Positions 36,553-40,410 of a stretch of DNA of 40,410 bases are shown here, piece after piece. The position numbers and the translations under genes are program-made. Source of the stretch: Bacilli bacterium (GTDB lineage: Bacteria; Bacillota_I; Bacilli_A; RF39; UBA660); assembly GCA_035399485.1 (NCBI GenBank), contig DAOPJC010000002.1:1-40410 (forward strand). The letters run 5' to 3'. How positions within the stretch are numbered: the stretch's first letter is position 1; each line of letters opens with the position of its first letter. Under the pieces are notes generated by a model, which saw nothing but the letters and a program-made list of their open reading frames with translations, did not search any database and was not told where the DNA came from.

Positions 36553-37597
36553 TTTCATTATCTAATAAATATTGATACAAAATGTTATTATGTATTAATG
36601 TAAATTCACCTTTAATATTTTCCTCTATTTCATAAAACATTATTGGTATTCTCAATTCTTCCTCTAAATCTACCATTTCATTAAAATTCTTAACTAATAT
36701 TATTTCATAATTACTCTTGTCTACTTGATCAATTACTTCTATTATTATATCACCATATTCTTTTAATATTTTATTTAATCCTATAGTATATAATGTTTTT
36801 GGTGGTATGTTAAATATTATTTTATATAAAGCCACAATTAGAATTACTGAACATATTAAAGATATAATTCCACAAGTTAATTTTCTATAATCTAGGCTTT
36901 CTATTTCAGTATTAACAAATATATTTTGATTTTTTGTTTCAACATATTCAGCATTAATTTTAAATGCTTGTTGATTTAATGGAATTGTTAATACTTGCTC
37001 TGATGAATCATATATTTTACTTGGATTATTTTTAGATTGAACAGTAACTGCCATTTTAACAATTAAATTTGCATTTATTGGTAGTTTTAATTCTTTTCTA
37101 AAAGTTGTTACTTCTCCATCATAATTATGAAAATCTAAACTTACTTTTTCTTTAATTGTAAATTGAGAAGTATCAGTTAATTCTTTTGATGTTGATTCTA
37201 CAAAAGTATATTTTTTGGTCCATACCTTTGATTTAGAATTTTCTTCATCTAATTTATAATCACCATAAATTGTTCCTAATATACTATATTTATATATTAA
37301 TGGTTCTACTGTCGTACCTGAATAATTATAAGTAAATGTAGGAACAATAGTACTTATTAAATCAGCTATGTAGGTTTCGTTTTTACCTAAATGATCTTCT
37401 TCTATAAAACTATTTTTATATAAATTTACTACATAATCTAGATTCTGACCTACATGATATGTATATTCTATTTCTTTATTCTTTTTAGTATTCCAATTGA
37501 CACTTTTTATTATAAGATTGCAAGATACTATGAAAACAGCGATTATAGCAAAAAAGATAGCTATTCGTACCCATTTTTTTAACACTCTCTTTTTCAT
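36536..37597 (-). CDS. bitopic membrane protein, DUF5305-like (family typically adjacent to SipW-type peptidases)
   Basis: 353 aa. TM1 is WVRIAIFFAIIAVFIVSC. A roughly 210-aa beta-rich external region follows, then TM2 LTCGIISLICSVILIVALYKIIF and a roughly 90-aa cytoplasmic tail. RBS agaggtg. The family assignment is from memory of that architecture, not a search. Confidence 0.5.
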   Translation of the reverse strand: MKKRVLKKWVRIAIFFAIIAVFIVSCNLIIKSVNWNTKKNKEIEYTYHVGQNLDYVVNLYKNSFIEEDHLGKNETYIADLISTIVPTFTYNYSGTTVEPLIYKYSILGTIYGDYKLDEENSKSKVWTKKYTFVESTSKELTDTSQFTIKEKVSLDFHNYDGEVTTFRKELKLPINANLIVKMAVTVQSKNNPSKIYDSSEQVLTIPLNQQAFKINAEYVETKNQNIFVNTEIESLDYRKLTCGIISLICSVILIVALYKIIFNIPPKTLYTIGLNKILKEYGDIIIEVIDQVDKSNYEIILVKNFNEMVDLEEELRIPIMFYEIEENIKGEFTLIHNNILYQYLLDNEKKSTD

Positions 37598-37611
37598 AAC
37601 TTCTCACCTCT

Positions 37612-38790
37612 TTAAGTTTCAACTTCTACCTTTGTTTTATTAAATATTTCATTTAATAATACTGCGGCATAGCCTATTTTTGGAACTTTAAATTGTACTA
37701 TTGATATTATTTGATCTTTATATACTGGTTTTATATCATTTGCATTATTATGATCACCCTTGGTAATAAAGTAAATTTCTCCTTTTGTTGTTTTTTTAAT
37801 ATCAACTATTCTATGAACAACAATATAAGTATCTAGCTTATATTCTATTATATCATTTATTCTTAAATTTTCTTTTTCTTCATCTTTAATTTTTTTGACT
37901 ACTACTACATCTCCACGTTTTATCAAATCAGCCATACTATTTGACATTATTGCAACTGGCATATAAGTTAATATACCTGCAACAAACGCTACAAATATTA
38001 ATAAAAATATTATGAATGGAGCTTGCTTAATAGGATTACTTTTTCTTATTTCTCTTCTTGAATCTCTAAACATTCTTCTTTCCTGAATATAATTTATAAA
38101 CAAGAAAGTGATAAATGGTACTAGTAAATCAATAATTGCTACTATAAACCATTCCAAATTTGGAAATAATGGCATAAATAATGTTGTTAGTATTACTGGG
38201 ATTCTATAACATAAGTTACAACCATATCCACCTACAACAGCTAAATATGTAAACAATATATTTTTTACTAAGACAGGTAATATAAATGAAGATATGTATT
38301 GAAATCCTGCTTCTAAATCAACAAAATTATCACCTATTTTATAAAAGCTTATTTCCGCACAAGTAAATATTAAAACTATTAATATATAATTAAACATTTT
38401 ATGTTTGCCTGATGGAAGCATAGCTTCTCTTATATATTCTTGAAAGAAAATAATGATTACAAAACCCCATATATTTTTTATTACTGATATTAACTCATGA
38501 CTATATGGTGATCTCTCATAACCAAAGAATATACCTAAAAAGAAATAAATAAATAAATATAACATTGTTATTATTAATACTGTTTGAGTTTTTTCTGTTT
38601 TAGCCCTTAATCTTCTTTTCTCTGAATAATTTAGTATTAAAGAAAAAATAAACATATTCATCCAAAACAATGGATTTACTATATAATTATAATCGAATTT
38701 TTTACTATCAATTAATAATATAGAAAATACTATTATATATATAATTAAAAAACTATAAACCAATACATTTTTAATATTAATATTTTTCAT
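37612..38790 (-). CDS. fusion of a ~8-TM domain of unknown function to a SipW (ER/archaeal)-type S26 signal peptidase
   Basis: 392 aa. Residues 1-~250 are polytopic with about 8 hydrophobic segments. The C-terminal ~135 aa carry AIMSNSMADLIKRGDVVVV (SxSM Ser box), YIVVHRIVDI (the xTHRI His box of SipW) and ITKGDHNNANDI (the TKGDNN box). Confidence 0.75.
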   Translation of the reverse strand: MKNINIKNVLVYSFLIIYIIVFSILLIDSKKFDYNYIVNPLFWMNMFIFSLILNYSEKRRLRAKTEKTQTVLIITMLYLFIYFFLGIFFGYERSPYSHELISVIKNIWGFVIIIFFQEYIREAMLPSGKHKMFNYILIVLIFTCAEISFYKIGDNFVDLEAGFQYISSFILPVLVKNILFTYLAVVGGYGCNLCYRIPVILTTLFMPLFPNLEWFIVAIIDLLVPFITFLFINYIQERRMFRDSRREIRKSNPIKQAPFIIFLLIFVAFVAGILTYMPVAIMSNSMADLIKRGDVVVVKKIKDEEKENLRINDIIEYKLDTYIVVHRIVDIKKTTKGEIYFITKGDHNNANDIKPVYKDQIISIVQFKVPKIGYAAVLLNEIFNKTKVEVET

Positions 38791-38797
38791 ACTTCAC

Positions 38798-39640
38798 CTA
38801 TTTCCCTTTTGCATTAGAAATTATAGGGTTTATTGTTTGTTCTGTTGAGGATAATTGAAAATCTATTGTAATACTTGCTCCTGCCCCTATTTGACCATTC
38901 CAATCTTTATTAGAAACAGTAATTATTCCATTTTCTGTATCAATATAATTTGAATTCCACATACCTTCAATCTTAGTACTTGATGATACTCCCATATCAA
39001 AACTCCAAGATGTTATAGGTTCAGTAGTATTATTTGTTAAAGTCACATTATATTGAAAAACTTTTTTATTATCTCCACCTGGCCAACTATTTGCAAGAGT
39101 TATTGAAGAAGATAATTCTTTTGCAGGAATTTGTGGATTATCTCCGCCACTTCCACCTTTATTTGTATCTTTAAATATTTTAATATTATCTAATTCTAAA
39201 TTTTCTGTTGGTGTACTAAACATTACTCCTAAACTAACTTCTACATTAGGAGCCAATAAAGAATCATAATCTAAATTCTTTAAAGTTAATACATTTCCCG
39301 ATGCTGTTGCACTGACATTCCAGAAAGATAAATTTTGAATTTCATCTGGCATTTCTATATCAATGCTCCAACCATCTATATCTTTTGAAGATTTATTTAC
39401 TATTTTTATTTCAAATTTATAATATCTATCTCCATTTTCATTATACCATGTATTTTTAATATATGTAAATTCTATATCATCAGTTATTTCTACTTTTTCT
39501 ACTAAATTACCTTTTCCTGTTAGTGATAGATTTTGATATAAATAAGAATAACCTACACTTATAAATAATAAAGTACACGTAAAAATTATAATTAAATGAT
39601 GTAATTCTAATCTTTTATGAATTTTTCTTTTCTTTTTCAT
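38798..39640 (-). CDS. secreted or anchored protein with two CBM2-like beta-sandwich domains
   Basis: 280 aa. The N-terminal anchor ends in ISVGYSYLYQNLSLTGKGNL. Domain 1 reads IKIVNKSSKDIDGWSIDIEMP...FWNVSATASGNVLTLKNLDYDSLLAPN...LGVMFS. A GGSGGDNPQ linker follows. Domain 2 reads VTLTNNTTEPITSWSFDMG...MWNSNYIDTENGIITVSNKDWNGQIGAGASITIDFQLS. Confidence 0.55.
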   Translation of the reverse strand: MKKKRKIHKRLELHHLIIIFTCTLLFISVGYSYLYQNLSLTGKGNLVEKVEITDDIEFTYIKNTWYNENGDRYYKFEIKIVNKSSKDIDGWSIDIEMPDEIQNLSFWNVSATASGNVLTLKNLDYDSLLAPNVEVSLGVMFSTPTENLELDNIKIFKDTNKGGSGGDNPQIPAKELSSSITLANSWPGGDNKKVFQYNVTLTNNTTEPITSWSFDMGVSSSTKIEGMWNSNYIDTENGIITVSNKDWNGQIGAGASITIDFQLSSTEQTINPIISNAKGK

Positions 39641-39651
39641 ATTATCTACCC

Positions 39652-39682
39652 CTAAAAAAATAAGGCAAAAAACTTTGCCTTT
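39652..39682 (-). terminator. intra-operon terminator after the first gene
   Basis: Stem aaggcaaa / tttgcctt with a 4-nt loop, followed on the minus strand by ATTTTTTT. It lies between stop 39700 and the RBS of the next gene. Confidence 0.65.
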
Positions 39683-39699
39683 ATTTTTAAAAAACTAAA

Positions 39700-40224
39700 C
39701 TATGCAGTTTTTTGTACGAAATTTAAATTAATTGTTGCTGTTTTAGTTGTTGTTGTTGGTATTGTATCTGGATGTTCTGGATCTGTTGAAGCAACCCAAG
39801 TAACTGTTACTAATACTTTTTTAGAAACTTGTGAATCTAAAGAATCATTAGCAGCCATACCTGTTACGGCATATTGAATTTCTACTGGAGCAGTAGTATT
39901 AGCTGTGTCTACTCCTGTAATACTTTCAAGTGTCGCATCAATTGAACCTTTGTTTTCAACAGTAATTTCATATGTTGCTGTTGCACCAGGATATTGTAAA
40001 TCTACTTCGAAGCTTGCACTTGTACCAGTTGCAGTAATTTCTCCAACTGTTGTAGCTCCTGTCATAGTTTTTTCAGCAATATCAGTAAATTCAATATTCC
40101 AACTTGCATTGATATTTGATTTACCATTAATTACTAATTGTTGTGCTAATGCTGCGTAACCAACTGACATACCAACTATTGCTACGATTAAAGCAACAAT
40201 TACTATATTTCTTTTATTTATCAT
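39700..40224 (-). CDS. small secreted Thr/Ala-rich beta-sandwich protein, TasA/camelysin-like (putative major structural subunit)
   Basis: 174 aa with strong RBS aggagg. N-terminal anchor is IVIVALIVAIVGMSVGYAALAQQLVINGKSNI. The core FEVDLQYPGATATYEITVENKGSIDATL recalls the TasA/camelysin pattern (...L.PGD......N.GS.D..L). There are no Cys residues. Confidence 0.5.
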   Translation of the reverse strand: MINKRNIVIVALIVAIVGMSVGYAALAQQLVINGKSNINASWNIEFTDIAEKTMTGATTVGEITATGTSASFEVDLQYPGATATYEITVENKGSIDATLESITGVDTANTTAPVEIQYAVTGMAANDSLDSQVSKKVLVTVTWVASTDPEHPDTIPTTTTKTATINLNFVQKTA

Positions 40225-40335
40225 TCCAAACTACCTCCTATTTTTAATCTAATTAAAGTTTATCATAGTATTTCATTTTTTACAACAAAATGATTTTTTT
40301 CTTTACAATTATTTACATCTATATTTATATATAAA

Positions 40336-40362
40336 CAAAAAAAGCATGTTTATACATGCTTA
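40336..40362 (-). terminator. terminator of an upstream minus-strand gene lying mostly outside the window
   Basis: Stem aagcatgt / acatgctt with loop ttat. A T7 run follows on the minus strand. It insulates the 39700-40224 gene from upstream transcription. Confidence 0.6.
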
Positions 40363-40410
40363 TTTATTAATTTTGAAAATTATTTGATATGCTGATTCAA
40401 AATCTATTTC

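Noticed and set aside
39905-40159. Plus-strand 84-aa ORF
   Set aside because: It is antisense to the TasA-like gene, which has the strong RBS, the signal anchor and its own terminator.
40360-40410. Possible 3' end of a minus-strand CDS (...EIDFESAYQIIFKINK*) running into the window edge
   Set aside because: Only 16 codons are visible and the frame cannot be verified. It is consistent with the adjacent terminator but too short to call.

Overview
This is a very AT-rich, tightly packed chromosomal segment (about a quarter G+C or less by eye, not computed). It comes from a spore-forming Firmicute whose gene order resembles Bacilli/Erysipelotrichales. I support about 50 CDS and 2 tRNAs, almost all on the minus strand.

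The housekeeping and sporulation backbone includes scpA-scpB, a RumA-type rRNA methyltransferase, mreB/mbl, spoIIID, a spoIIQ-like gene and spoIID. It continues with a DUF1146 gene, rpiB, rpmE, murA, fba, mntP, spoIIR, rlmH and yycJ, then an M23/G5 peptidase, dnaB, rplI, whiA, yvcK, lgt and uvrB.

Two patches look accessory:
- **1.9-6.3 kb:** a mixed-strand islet next to tRNA-His/tRNA-Leu. It holds an orphan TcdE-type holin, a leaderless HExxH protein behind a perfect consensus promoter, and an XRE regulator fused to a 10-residue glycine-zipper repeat array. It also holds GC-rich direct repeats, an uncalled 59-aa membrane ORF, a possible R-S-E ADP-ribosyltransferase-like protein and an LRR-like protein.
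- **36.5-40.2 kb:** a four-gene minus-strand operon, my best candidate for an undescribed system. It encodes a small Thr/Ala-rich, TasA/camelysin-like secreted protein with its own terminator, and a protein with two CBM2-like domains that shares the same unusual N-terminal motif. The third product is a roughly 8-TM membrane domain fused to a SipW (ER/archaeal)-type signal peptidase, and the fourth is a DUF5305-like bitopic membrane protein.

One further oddity is a roughly 630-bp ORF-free stretch between rpmE and rpiB. No CRISPR array, rRNA, transposase or integrase was seen.

All functional calls come from reading motifs in the supplied translations and the DNA. No database search or structure prediction was run.
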